Origin: Eledone cirrhosa | Taxonomy: Eukaryota | Reading direction: 5' to 3' | Length of the DNA: 64,000 nucleotides | Assembly: GCA_964016885.1 (NCBI GenBank) | Contig: OZ024743.1 | Location: 286,192,001 to 286,256,000, forward strand | Shown: piece after piece, positions 48,264 through 62,800 of the stretch | Layout: each line of letters opens with the position of its first letter | How positions within the stretch are numbered: position 1 is the stretch's first letter | Translations under genes and position numbers: made by a program | Notes under the pieces: model-generated | What the model saw: only the letters and a program-made list of their open reading frames with translations | What the model was told of the DNA's origin: nothing | Databases searched by the model: none

Positions 48264-49261
48264 CAGAGGTTCTCAGAGTAGGTGATCCCCTCCCCACTGC
48301 CCCGAAGGGCGTTGAGAAGGTCCTGAGGGCACTGGGGCTTAAGGGGGTGGTGGGGTGATAGTAGAGATGATATAATAGTATATTGAATATCAAATGATAG
48401 ATATTATATATAGATATAGTAAAATAAAAAATATCTAATGTTTATCTATACATAGTGTATATTATCTCTATATATAAAACTGAGGATGTGTGTGTGTGAG
48501 TTTGAATCCCTAAAACTAGAGAAGCACCCAACCGACTGTTTTCAAACTTTACACATGTAATACTTATGTTTCAGGGAGTGTTCTGAGCAAAAAAGAAATT
48601 CTAATTTTCAATGCCCTAGATACCGCATTAGGCAATTTAACGATCTCTCTCTATAATTCTTAGTCTTTCTCTTTTTAGATAGATACATACATATAACGTC
48701 GCGCCCTTATAATATCTGTCTGTATGTCTAGCTGTCTGCATTACGTCACTTCCTACAATTCGCTCTGCGTCCAGAACGCACCCTTATAATATCTGTCTGT
48801 ATGTCTAACTGTCTGCTGCCTCCGGTTATTCCGCCACCCTTGCTCAAGACAAATCTCACACTCATTCCCCAAACAGTTGGTAAGTGCACACAACTTCTCC
48901 CTCACGTTTTAAGCCACAGTGTTGCTTACTTACGTACCACCAGACCCTTACTTCTTTGCCAGCCGTGGTTGTGGCAATACTAAGCTTAGCTAAGGCGGTT
49001 ATATATTTCACAGTTCAAATCCCGCCGAGATTAACTTTGCCTTTTATCCTTACGGGGTCATAAAATAAAGTACCAGTAACGCATTGGGTTTATTGCTGGT
49101 CTTGTGCCAAAAGTAGAAACAATTATTTATTATATATAAATTTACGATTTTATTTATTATATATTTACAATTTGCGTGTAGGTAGGTCTCCCTGGAAATA
49201 GGGGTGAGGGTATTACGTGGCCGTGAGTGGGACGGTGGCGCCAAAAGTTTGAGAACCTTTG
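48264..49261. mobile_element. hAT (Charlie-like) non-autonomous element with nested insertions
   Basis: TIRs CAGAGGTTCTCA / TGAGAACCTTTG. Perfect 8-bp TSD GCTTAAAG at 48256-48263 and 49262-49269. Nested SINE fragment at 49012-49125. Confidence 0.8.
48467..48990 (+). mobile_element. Possible non-autonomous Helitron-like insert
   Basis: 5' end TCTATATATAAAACTGAGGA-(GT)n..CAACCGA..TTCAAACTTTACACA resembles Helitron-derived repeats. The 3' end is uncertain. Confidence 0.4.
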
Positions 49262-49593
49262 GCTTAAAGTATCACAGCAAGACTTGTGTAAATTTATTAT
49301 TCATAATTTCTTTCATATGCAACTCTATTATGGATAACGCGATGTTAGTGCCCGTCAGGTCTGCACTATATTCAAATGAGCATTACCAGCAGATGTTTTA
49401 TAAGCAATATATATAAGTGGTAGTTTATTTTAGTCTCAGTATCGAGTGAGTAAATGCCATTAGTTTCTGGTGTTCTCACGCGGCCACAGAGTAGCTGCGA
49501 CATGATTTCATTTTAAGGTATAATGCGTATGTTTAGTATAGATAAAGATATTGTATACACTTTCATATACGCCTTCCTCTCATCCTTTCTCCC

Positions 49594-49721
<128 letters not shown>

Positions 49722-50191
49722 ATATATACATACATACGTACACACACATATATATATATAGTAATACAGTACGAAGACTAGATTTGATAACTTCTTTAAT
49801 TACGCAATTAGCCATAATACATATTTCTGTGGTGAAATGGTTACGTCAAGATACCATGACGCAATCCATTAGACGTCGTCTTCGGATGGCCCATTAAGTA
49901 ATCTATGGACAAAAACCTACTCTTTACCACGCTAAACAACTGTAAAATTAATATCGTTTATAAACTCATATGGAGACAGGCCTTTAGAATAACAACATCA
50001 AACGCAGGTCTGTTTCCATATCAATACATTACTGTGCATTACAAATGGATAGGCCATCTGAAGCCGTCGTATCATAGATTACATCATGATATCATTTTAC
50101 CACAGAACTATTTCACCACATAAATACGTGTTTAAAGAAATTGCGTGTTTAAAGAAGCTATGAATATATAACAATCGTATTGTATTATTAA

Positions 50192-50360
50192 TGGATTGGC
50201 AGTATCGGTAGAGGGTCGGATGCCATGCTTTCCAGCATAGTTACGTCCCTTAACGATCTGAGTTCAAATCCCGCTGAGGTTGACTTTGTCTTTCATCCTT
50301 AAAGTACCAGTAATACACTGGGTAATTGCTGGCCTTGTGCCAAAAAGTAGAAACAATTAT
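50192..50360 (+). mobile_element. Nin/Deu SINE with internal deletion
   Basis: GGATTGGCAGTATCGG, GAGTTCAAATCC and the 3' end GGCCTTGTGCCAAAAAGTAGAAACAATTATT. Confidence 0.85.
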
Positions 50361-50908
50361 TAATGTATTTAACTCAGCCATGCGCTAAATATACGTTACC
50401 ATATAAAAATTGGTAGAATACGTTACCATATAAAAATTGGTAGAATAAACATAACGTCGAGTGTTTTTTTCTAATTATACAATGGTTTTGTTGATTAGAC
50501 ACAATCACAGCCCTAGCTACCAATTAGGAAACACTATATAACACACACACACGCATACATACATTTACACACACATACACTCATATATATATATATGTAA
50601 GAGAAAAGGCAGAGATATGAAAAGAAAGATAGAAGAGAGGAGAATTAGGATGAGAATGCAAGAAAAATGAAAGCTAGTAAAGGAGAGTGACAAAGAAACA
50701 ATGTGTGCGTCTATAGTAAGGAGAAGGAGAGGTAGTGGCGGTGGGGTGGTGACTAGAAAGAGAATTAGGATAATTGAGAGCTGATTATGAGGGTATTACA
50801 AATATTTTATGTTGAACTTTCAGTGACCTTTCTTGGGTGTAATAGTGGCCAAAGCTACATCTGAAACTTTAAATTAAATATCACGACTGATGACATGATA
50901 AGCCTACT

Positions 50909-52236
50909 TATGTATGTATGTATGTATGTATGTATGTATGTATGTATGTATGTATGTATGTATGTATGTATGTATGTATGTATGTATGTATGTATGTATG
51001 TATGTATGTATGTATGTATGTATGTATGTATGTATGTATGTATGTATGTATGTATGTATGTATGTATGTATGTATGTATGTATGTATGTATGTATGTATG
51101 TATGTATGTATGTATGTATGTATGTATGTATGTATGTATGTATGTATGTATGTATGTATGTATGTATGTATGTATGTATGTATGTATGTATGTATGTATG
51201 TATGTATGTATGTATGTATGTATGTATGTATGTATGTATGTATGTATGTATGTATGTATGTATGTATGTATGTATGTATGTATGTATGTATGTATGTATG
51301 TATGTATGTATGTATGTATGTATGTATGTATGTATGTATGTATGTATGTATGTATGTATGTATGTATGTATGTATGTATGTATGTATGTATGTATGTATG
51401 TATGTATGTATGTATGTATGTATGTATGTATGTATGTATGTATGTATGTATGTATGTATGTATGTATGTATGTATGTATGTATGTATGTATGTATGTATG
51501 TATGTATGTATGTATGTATGTATGTATGTATGTATGTATGTATGTATGTATGTATGTATGTATGTATGTATGTATGTATGTATGTATGTATGTATGTATG
51601 TATGTATGTATGTATGTATGTATGTATGTATGTATGTATGTATGTATGTATGTATGTATGTATGTATGTATGTATGTATGTATGTATGTATGTATGTATG
51701 TATGTATGTATGTATGTATGTATGTATGTATGTATGTATGTATGTATGTATGTATGTATGTATGTATGTATGTATGTATGTATGTATGTATGTATGTATG
51801 TATGTATGTATGTATGTATGTATGTATGTATGTATGTATGTATGTATGTATGTATGTATGTATGTATGTATGTATGTATGTATGTATGTATGTATGTATG
51901 TATGTATGTATGTATGTATGTATGTATGTATGTATGTATGTATGTATGTATGTATGTATGTATGTATGTATGTATGTATGTATGTATGTATGTATGTATG
52001 TATGTATGTATGTATGTATGTATGTATGTATGTATGTATGTATGTATGTATGTATGTATGTATGTATGTATGTATGTATGTATGTATGTATGTATGTATG
52101 TATGTATGTATGTATGTATGTATGTATGTATGTATGTATGTATGTATGTATGTATGTATGTATGTATGCATGCATGCATGCATGCATGCATGCATGCATG
52201 CATGCATGCATGCATGCATGCATGCATGCCTGCATG

Positions 52237-52292
<56 letters not shown>

Positions 52293-52345
52293 CATGCCTG
52301 CCTGCCTGCATGCCTGCCTGCCTGCCTGCCTGTCTGTCTGTCTGT
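50909..52345. repeat. Compound tetranucleotide microsatellite (TATG)n-(CATG)n-(CCTG)n-(TCTG)n
   Basis: About 1.26 kb of pure TATG, followed by stepwise motif changes. Confidence 0.97.
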
Positions 52346-52746
52346 CTCCCCCTTAGCCTTTGTCAAGGCAGAATTCTAGGAGAAGGAAAACTCTGATATA
52401 ACACCTGCAACCCTGATGGTATCCAATGATGTTGACTTGTTCTTCTTTTTGGTAAATATCATCTTGGTTAAGAGAGTGGGACTGGCTTTGTGCAGTGCCT
52501 TTGCTCACTATAAAAGCTTCATGGCACAGGCATTGCTTTATATCTGGAGATCTCTCTGCACTTGTCCTCACATGGTGCCATGGGCCCAGTACTATGTGTC
52601 AATAATTGTCACAAGTGTAGTGTTTGTACCAGAGTTTTCAAGTCGCTGGCTGGACTAAAAAGTCACACTCGTTCAGCGCATTGGTAGGGGTTCTCCTACA
52701 TGGATATAAAGTAGTGGCCGTACTCGAAAACGAGTTGGCAGCCACC

Positions 52747-55370
52747 ATGTATGTATGTATGTATGTATGTATGTATGTATTCTCTTTCTCTTAATTTTGA
52801 GTATATTTTTTTGACCGGCCACCTTCCTGGTGGCAAGGTTGTAAAAGAAAAGAAATTGTTATCCCTTGAATCGCAAGAATGTTTTGCAAATTTTGAAGGT
52901 GCCAGCTATCGCAGCCATTTGTAGACTATGAATTAGGGAGCTGCGCTTTTTGTCCGCAAATCCAAGTTCAGTCATACTTTGGTCCAAGCGGGTTGGTATA
53001 TAACCCGTAGCACCAATAATGATGGGTATGAAGCTAAAGGTGTATCTTGGATACTGGATTTGTAAACTCCTCATCAATGGTCCGTAGATGTCCTCCTTCT
53101 CCTGTATTTTTCTGACGTTTACATCAAGTGGGCAGCTGATCTCCACAACAGAACACGTTTTCAATGTGTGGTCCCAAACTACAATATCAGGCCGGTTGTG
53201 CTTTAATTTGGTGGCAGTTTTTATTTTCAGGTTCCACCAGTATTCCTTAGTGCCATCTGTCTCAATATATTCTTCCTCGTTTGTTGTTAATTTTGTTTTC
53301 TGAAGTGCGTTCCAGATGGTTCTAGCTATCCCATCGTGTCTCATGGGGAGGTAGTAGCGAGATGACATTCTTTCGCAGCTGGCAACAATGTGGCTTACAT
53401 CCTCGATCTTTGTTTTACATAGCCTACATTTATTGTCAGCTGCTGGCCCTCCTCTTTTGTGCAGCAGATATTTGGTAGGGAGTTCTTGTTCCTGTATTGC
53501 ATAGAGATATCCCTCAAGGTGTGATGTCATAAACTTGTCGGAACTCCATGCCAGGCTTTTTGAGTGGTTTATCCCCTCTATGGTCTGTGTTTTACGCCTC
53601 AAGTATCCATGCACAACTTTTTCTGTAAATTGGTCAATTTTTTTATCTTGTTTGAACATTGAATAGGATCTTCCGATTTCTCTGGGTGAGAGATTTATAT
53701 CAGGCTTTATTCCATATCTCTCCTCCAGATCAGTCGCTATTCTAATGATATTTCTTTTTTCATGGTCATAAACCTGGGCAAGATGGTTGCCAACCTTTTT
53801 CCTCTGTTGAAGGTGTTGCTTCAGTGTCACTATCCGGGTCTCATATGTTGTTAATATTGATTTTAGACCCCGGCCACCTTCCTTGCGTGAGAAGTATAGC
53901 CTATCCACATCACCATTGATGTTAAAGTTCCCAGTAACACTGAGAAGTTTTCGAGTTCTAACATCCATCTCACTTAGTTCTTGCAATGACCAGTTCAGTA
54001 GGCCAAATGTTGGCGTTAGAATTGGCACAGCATAAGTATTGTGGGCAATGTATTTGTTGTATGCTGACAGTTCTGATGACCATATTTTCTTTACTCTTCT
54101 GAGGTATACAGTTCTGGTTCTCTCCTTATTTATGGGTCCATCATATCTGACATTCTCATCCTGTCCAAGATATCTGTAGTTGTCACCTGACTGCAGAGGT
54201 TGTATTGTCAGGCCGTTCATCTCTAGATTTCTAGAGGAGGGCACAGCTCTTCCACGTTTTACTGCCAAATATGCACACTTGGACTCACCAAATTTCATTT
54301 TGATGTCGGTTGAAAATTGTGTAATGAGGTCCAATTGTTTCTTGATGTCATTGATATTTGGCCCATACAACTTCAGGTCATCAACAAAGAAAAGATGGGA
54401 GATACTTCTGGTCCCACTTCTTTGTCCACCTTGTTTCCTGAGTAGGTAAGATAGTGGATTCAGTGAGAGAACGAAGAGTAGCACTGACAAGCTATCACCC
54501 TGAAAGATGCCCTTCTGGTAATGTATCTTATCAGTCTTAACCTGCTCCTTCTCACCTCTAAGGATCAAACTGGTGTACCAGTTCTTGGTCAGGCGTTCAA
54601 CAGCAGCTACCAATGGTTGTGGGACTTTAGCTAACTGTAAAGCCTTAACAATCCACCCATGAGGTACACTATCAAATGCTTTTTGATAGTCCAGCCACAC
54701 GACAGTCATGTTTCTGCGATTCTTTGTTGTTTTTTCCTGAATCATTTTGTTAGTTAGTAGGTGATCTATGCAACCCCACACCTCCCTCTTTCCACCAGCT
54801 TGCTCAGGTGTTATGATGTTGTTGGTAGCACAGTGATCCTGTAAGAACAGGTTAAGGCACCCAGTATATAATTTATACATGATGTTTTGGCAGGCAATTG
54901 GGCAGTAATTTTTAGCAAGGGTGGTTTGGTTATTTTGGGGAATGAGGAGAGTAGAGGCAGTTGATAACCATCTGGGCAGTTCTTGTGTGCCCTTAATGGT
55001 TTCTGTAAACAGCCGTATGAGATCTTGCCGATAGAAAGTGAAATTCTTCAACCAGTATCCTGTAATGAGGTCTGGGCCTGGCGATTTCCTATTCGACATT
55101 TTCTGTAGAGCTGTTTCCAGTATTGACCCATCTATGTCATATTGTTTTGTCTGGACATGTTGGCAGTAGTCCTGTTCCAGTTCTTTTAGCCAATTAGCTT
55201 GTCTGTTGAATCCGTCATCCGTTTCCCATACAGATCTCCAGTAGCTCTCAACCTGTTCTTTTGAAGGGGTGTCATTTACAGAGATTGAGCTTTTGCCACC
55301 GAAGCTGCGATAAACTGATTTAGGATCTCTGGCAAACAATCTATTTAGCACTTGTCGTTTATGTGCTGTT
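52747..55370 (-). mobile_element. R4/Dong-like element 3, 5'-truncated, flanked by (TATG)n
   Basis: (TATG)n at 52747-52779 and 55371-55404, with an uninterrupted RT-RLE ORF between them. Confidence 0.88.
52859..55351 (-). CDS. RT plus CCHC plus restriction-like endonuclease (N-terminally truncated, 830 aa open frame)
   Basis: Motifs [35 protein letters not shown]...H...C, RHD and RPDIVV..VEISCP..EK. Confidence 0.85.
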   Translation of the reverse strand: MLNRLFARDPKSVYRSFGGKSSISVNDTPSKEQVESYWRSVWETDDGFNRQANWLKELEQDYCQHVQTKQYDIDGSILETALQKMSNRKSPGPDLITGYWLKNFTFYRQDLIRLFTETIKGTQELPRWLSTASTLLIPQNNQTTLAKNYCPIACQNIMYKLYTGCLNLFLQDHCATNNIITPEQAGGKREVWGCIDHLLTNKMIQEKTTKNRRNMTVVWLDYQKAFDSVPHGWIVKALQLAKVPQPLVAAVERLTKNWYTSLILRGEKEQVKTDKIHYQKGIFQGDSLSVLLFVLSLNPLSYLLRKQGGQRSGTRSISHLFFVDDLKLYGPNINDIKKQLDLITQFSTDIKMKFGESKCAYLAVKRGRAVPSSRNLEMNGLTIQPLQSGDNYRYLGQDENVRYDGPINKERTRTVYLRRVKKIWSSELSAYNKYIAHNTYAVPILTPTFGLLNWSLQELSEMDVRTRKLLSVTGNFNINGDVDRLYFSRKEGGRGLKSILTTYETRIVTLKQHLQQRKKVGNHLAQVYDHEKRNIIRIATDLEERYGIKPDINLSPREIGRSYSMFKQDKKIDQFTEKVVHGYLRRKTQTIEGINHSKSLAWSSDKFMTSHLEGYLYAIQEQELPTKYLLHKRGGPAADNKCRLCKTKIEDVSHIVASCERMSSRYYLPMRHDGIARTIWNALQKTKLTTNEEEYIETDGTKEYWWNLKIKTATKLKHNRPDIVVWDHTLKTCSVVEISCPLDVNVRKIQEKEDIYGPLMRSLQIQYPRYTFSFIPIIIGATGYIPTRLDQSMTELGFADKKRSSLIHSLQMAAIAGTFKICKTFLRFKG

Positions 55371-55573
55371 TATGTATGTATGTATGTATGTATGTATGTA
55401 TGTATAGTACAATCCGTCTAAAAGTTGGGCCGCCGGCAACTAATCCGGCAACACTACCAAGTTGGCTTAGGTGAGGTGGTTGATTTTTGGATACCCTGCG
55501 GGATGAAAAACAAAAACCAAATACAGGAGGGTCAACGGCCATCCAATAGTGTGTACATATTTAGAAGTTGTGT

Positions 55574-55637
<64 letters not shown>

Positions 55638-55647
55638 GAAAAAATTC

Positions 55648-56900
<1,253 letters not shown>

Positions 56901-57244
56901 TATATATATATATACACACACACATATACATACATACACATATATATACACACATACAAATGTACATATACACATACAAATGTACATATACATATATACA
57001 CATATATACATATATATATATATACATACATACATATATACATTAATGCATATATATATAGTTAGGGAAGCAGAAAATTGCTTATTGTGATCCAGTTCGT
57101 GGTTAAGAAAGCCAGTTTCATGGATGGTTTCAACGTACGGTTAGGGGTAACTCCACAAGTTTGTAAGAATTCCGTTCAATCTTGGAGTATAAAGTATAAA
57201 AGAGAAAACACAGGTAAGCATTAAAAAAAAGGATTTTATCCAGG

Positions 57245-57339
57245 TATTTACGACCGTTTCATTGGTAAGTGCAACCTTATATACTGCAAATAGCAGCCAC
57301 TCAATGATAATTGTTGTTCACGTCCAAATTTTCAAAATA
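57245..57339 (-). ncRNA. Type I hammerhead, U3-A8 core variant, extended stem II
   Basis: Minus strand: TATT-TTGAAAA-TTTGG...CCAAT-GAAAC-GGTC-GTA-AATA. Lies downstream of the PLE endonuclease remnant. Confidence 0.6.
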
Positions 57340-57975
57340 GTGAGTAAGTTACTCTTAAAAAAATTCTTAATATATAGAGGAAATCATTTTTTTGGAATTG
57401 TATTTACTAGTGTAGAGAGAGAGGAAGAGGAATTAGAAAGTGGAGGGACAAACGGAATAGTATAGAGAGAGAGGAAGGGGGAGAAGAATTAGGAAGTAGA
57501 GTGACAAATTGAGATGGTGGGAGGGGTAGAGGTGGAAGGATTCCTTGATCAGTTTTGATACGTAGACTTCATGTCGTCGATTTATAGTGTAGTGAGTTAA
57601 AGAGAATTAAATTGTTTATAGTGGGAGGGATGGAGAGAAAGAGAGAGAGAGACAGAGAGAGAGGGGGGAGAGATATAGAGATAAATATATATATATAAAA
57701 TAAAAATAAAAATAAAAATAAAGAAGGGGGGAGGGAGAAAGAAGAAAAGAAAAGATAGCCAAAAAGGGGAGAGAAGAAAGGAAGAAAACGAAAAGAAATA
57801 GAAAAGGAATGAAGGAGACGGAAGGGATATAGGTATTGATTTTTGTGGGTAATTAAAGGGGTTAGATACAATAAGAGGGTAGAAAGTCTAAGTATATGTA
57901 GTTTGTCAGGTGGTAGTAAGAGGTTAAGAGTTCGATTTGCACTTGTAGTGCGAAAACCTTTCTTTGAGTCTATGG

Positions 57976-58520
57976 TTAAAATAAATTGATCTTTTCGATT
58001 TTATTGTTGAGTAACTTATTCTTCGAACTCAAAATGTGGAACAGCTCAAGGTCACATAATCGACAGCTTCTCATACCACTCCGATATAGGAGCACGTTCG
58101 ATAATTTTTTCCACTTCAGGGTGTATTGAGGGTTACTTTCCCTCAGTTGCCAGGTCTTGTTTGCAAGGGTAGTTACATAACGATGCTGGGAATGTTTCAT
58201 TGCGTAACGGTGTGTATACCAACGAGCTTTAAATATATTCCCAGTCGCTTCGATATAAAACCACTTCTGGTTGTCTGATTCTACTATGCATTGGTAAACC
58301 AGGTTAGACTGCATACATTCATTATGTAATGGACAGGTTTCAGGTAGGTGGCAGTTACAATTCTTGTCATGGGCAATTTTGGCATTATTGGTGGGCTGCG
58401 ATGCCTGTACAAGTGTGTTACGTTTTGTTTGACTAATAGTGGGTGGTTGTGTATTAGATATTCTGTTGTGTTCAATGGTGATTGTATTGTTATAGTTATA
58501 AATTTGTGTTCTGGTGTTGT
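57976..58520 (-). pseudogene. Penelope-like GIY-YIG endonuclease remnant (CxCx5C / CxxC type)
   Basis: Reads CNCHLPETCPL..C..NLVYQC...FYIEATG..FKARW..H...TTLANK.W...CRLCDLE...LLN. Confidence 0.8.
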
Positions 58521-58747
58521 TATATATATATATATATATATATACCCACTCTACTACCCCAAGTATTGAGTACTTTGGTGCGTTATGGTCCACCTGGTTC
58601 CTTACCACATTGCCTTCGTTATATATATATATATATATATATATTATGAAGAGAGAAGAAACATTAGATATAATTAATAATAAGATATACCATACCTAAA
58701 CATTCATGTATATGTATGTGTCCGCATGTATCTGTGTGTTTCTATAT

Positions 58748-58789
<42 letters not shown>

Positions 58790-59069
58790 TGGAGTTAGAA
58801 GGCCAGAACAATGCAGGTATGGATATAGAATATAATTACAAATGCAAAAGATATTGCTGACCATTAGTCTTTTACCTTAAATTTATTTGAATATCCTTAA
58901 TTTTCGAGATAATAGATAATATCTCTTCTTCGGAGGGAAGTAAAGGGGTTAATCCAGTGTTCTAATTAGCTTGCCAAGTCATGCTCAGCATAGCTGTTGA
59001 GTGCTCTGAATAAGTTATAAACATCTATATTTATTTGTTGTATTTCCAACAAATTAAATATCCCTTCTA

Positions 59070-59775
<706 letters not shown>

Positions 59776-59781
59776 GCAACT

Positions 59782-59783
<2 letters not shown>

Positions 59784-59833
<50 letters not shown>

Positions 59834-62800
59834 TTTCTTTATTAACCACAAGGGTTTACATAAAGTAGACATTAAGGACAGTGCAGGACAATGCAGGACG
59901 GTACAAATAGGCATTTCTGCGTGTAAAAAAAAAACAAAAACAGAGGATGTAACAAAAATAACAATGAAAATAACAATGAAAAATTCCCCAATAGGGGGGA
60001 GACTTCGGAGGGACATTTGTGGAGAAAGCCCAGTAAAAAGCCACAATGACCCTGACCACCAAGGCAAGTGCCCTCTCCCAGTTTTCCACCTTTAGTTTAC
60101 AGATATATACTCAGAGTCGGCCCATTCACTCGGGCCATTCTTGCTTCTCTCACCCATCTTTCAACAAAATGCTGGGAAGAGAGCACTTCCCTCTCTACTC
60201 TGATTTTCCTTTTCAAATGAAATTTGAAAAAGTCAATCAGAGCATCACCGAAGAGGTAAGTGCTCGTCTTCAGCCCTTTCAAACGTGTCCACCATACTAT
60301 CTCTTTCGCCATGGCCACCAGACAGATAAAAACTGCCTGCCCTTCCCGGCTAAAGGAGGAGGGCGGGGCAATCCTCACGATAGACTCAGATGATAGCTGG
60401 ATCCGTCCTAAACGCGACAGCAGGTGTTCGACATAAACCCACAAGTCAGCAATTTTCGGACACTGGACGAGTGCGTGCAGGACGGTTTCGTCGCCCTGCG
60501 CGCATCTCGGACATGCCCGGCTGACGGCACCTCCATGCCTGTAGAGTTTATCCCGAACTGGCAAGGCTCCTCGGTAGCACTGCCAGGCCAGAGATTTCTG
60601 GAAGTTGTCCATAGGCCCCGGCCCGAAAGTTCTTCCGAAGAGATTGGCTAGTTGATTTTCGTCGACGCCTAGAGTTTCCCCAAGTACGTCGTCGCTCTTC
60701 CCCTCCACTAATCCTCTATAGAACGCCGAGGTGGAGTTTCCACCGATCACATTGCCCGATTGGTCGAGGGCTGTGAGCGCCTGAAGACATTCCAGTCTCC
60801 AGGCGCTCCCTCTCGGTCTTCGCTTGACCCAGGACTGCAGCTCCGTCAAGGAAACGAGCTGGGGAAAAACGCGTCTAGCAAACGGCGACCACACCTGATC
60901 ACCGTCGAGGAAGAGGTGGAGATGTCGTAGCCTGAGCGCGTGCCTGCGCATCATCAGCCACGGCATGCCCAGCCCTCCACGTAGCGGGTGTTGACAACAG
61001 ATGGACCGCCTGACCATCGGAGCACGTCCCTTCCACAAAAAGCGAAAGAGCAAACGCTCCAGCGCAGTCAGGCGAGGCTTAGGACAAGGTACGACGGTTA
61101 GGCGGTAGCAGATGACAGACGCGATGTACGCGTTAGCCACCTCCGCTCGACCTTTCAGGGATAGCTTCCTCTCCGCCCATTTCTGGGTGAGAGAAGCCAC
61201 CCTGCTCGTCACCTCGTCCCAGTTTTTGTCCGTCTGGAGGTCCGGACCGAACCAGACCCCTAGCAATTTAACCGGTCCGTCCGTCCAGCGCCCGACGACG
61301 CTGTTGGACGGCATGGACCTGCCTCTCCAGGTGCCGAGCTGCAGGCCCACTGACTTTTCCTGGTTGATCATTGCTCCTGTCACCGCTTCGTATTCTCTTA
61401 GTGTAGTGCCGATCGCCTCGATGTGTTTGGCGTTCGACACCACTACGGTGACATCGTCCGCATATGCTGACACGGATCTTCCGCATCCTAGTTCGCGCGG
61501 GACTCCCCTCAACGTCTCCAGTTTGTGCAGTAATGGCTCGAGAGTCAATACGTACAAGAGGGACGAGAGGGGACATCCTTGGCGGACCGAGCGCATGATG
61601 TTGAACGGTTCCGACAGGTGACCGTTCACTCTCACTACAGAGCAGATGTCGCTGTGCATGGCAGCGATCCAGCCTCTGAAGACGGGCCCAAAGCCAGCCG
61701 CCCTCAGGACTGCCGCTAGGTAACGATGGTCGACCCTATCGAAAGCTTTCGACTGATCTAAATTGATCAAGGACCCACCCGTGCCAGGTTCCCTAGCTAC
61801 CCTCTCTACGATGTATCGCATGAGGTGGAGGTTGTCGTGGATGGATCTGTCGGGAATGGCGCATGTCTGCGCCTCTCCCACCAGACCACCAACGACAAGC
61901 GCCAACCTCTTTGCTAGCACCTTGGCCAAAATCTTAAACTCTGTGTTTAGCAGAGTTATGGGCCGGAAATTGTCTATGTTATCCCCCTTGTTCGGATCCT
62001 TTCTCAGCAGTGCCACCGCTCCTTGGCTCACAGAACTGGGAATTCTCCCGTTCTGTTGCCAGTTGCAGTAGACGTCCGCCAAGAGGCCTCCGAACAAGTC
62101 TGGCATCTGTACGTAAAGTTCATAGGGCAGACCATCCAAACCAGGCGATTTACCCCTTGTGCAGCCAGTCATTGCCTCCCGTACTTCAGCGGCTGTTATC
62201 GGCTTTTCGCAACACTTCGCCTCAGTGGCCGAGAGCCGCGGCAGTCCGTCGAGGTAGACACTAAAGTCCATCCCTCTACCCGGCCCCCCGCTGCCACCGA
62301 ACAGCTGAGCGAAGTGTCGCTGAAAAGCTTCACACATTTGCCCGGGATCGAGTAGCATGCGCCCGTCGTGGTCCACCAAAGACCGGATCGTGGCTTTGTT
62401 GCCACGACGCGCCTCCGCCACTCGGGCCCATTGAACGGCTTTCGTCCCCTCGTGTCTGAGAGCACGCACCCTAGCTCTGACAACGCAGCCTTCGTGCTTT
62501 GCATTGAAGAATTGGTCAAGGGCCAATTTCGCCGCAAGCACGTCGGTTCAATGCCTTTGCTAAGCGCCTCGTCTAATTTTCTAACTAGTTCTCCCTCTGC
62601 TCTATTTTTCTCTATTGCTAAAGCCTTACTAAACCTAATCGATTCTATTCTAATCGCTCTTTTCAGAGCAAACCACCACTTGTTGTTGACGATGGCCCCC
62701 GTCAACGCCCGCTTAACTAGTTCGCTAATCCGGTCTCTGTAGGCCTTGCGCGCTGGTAAGGACGCGTTTAGCTTCCAGTAGCCGGGTCCTCGTCTATGAA

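Noticed and set aside
50855-52396. Long HTYI/MYVC ORFs (460-503 aa)
   Set aside because: These are translations of the stop-free (TATG)n microsatellite, not genes.
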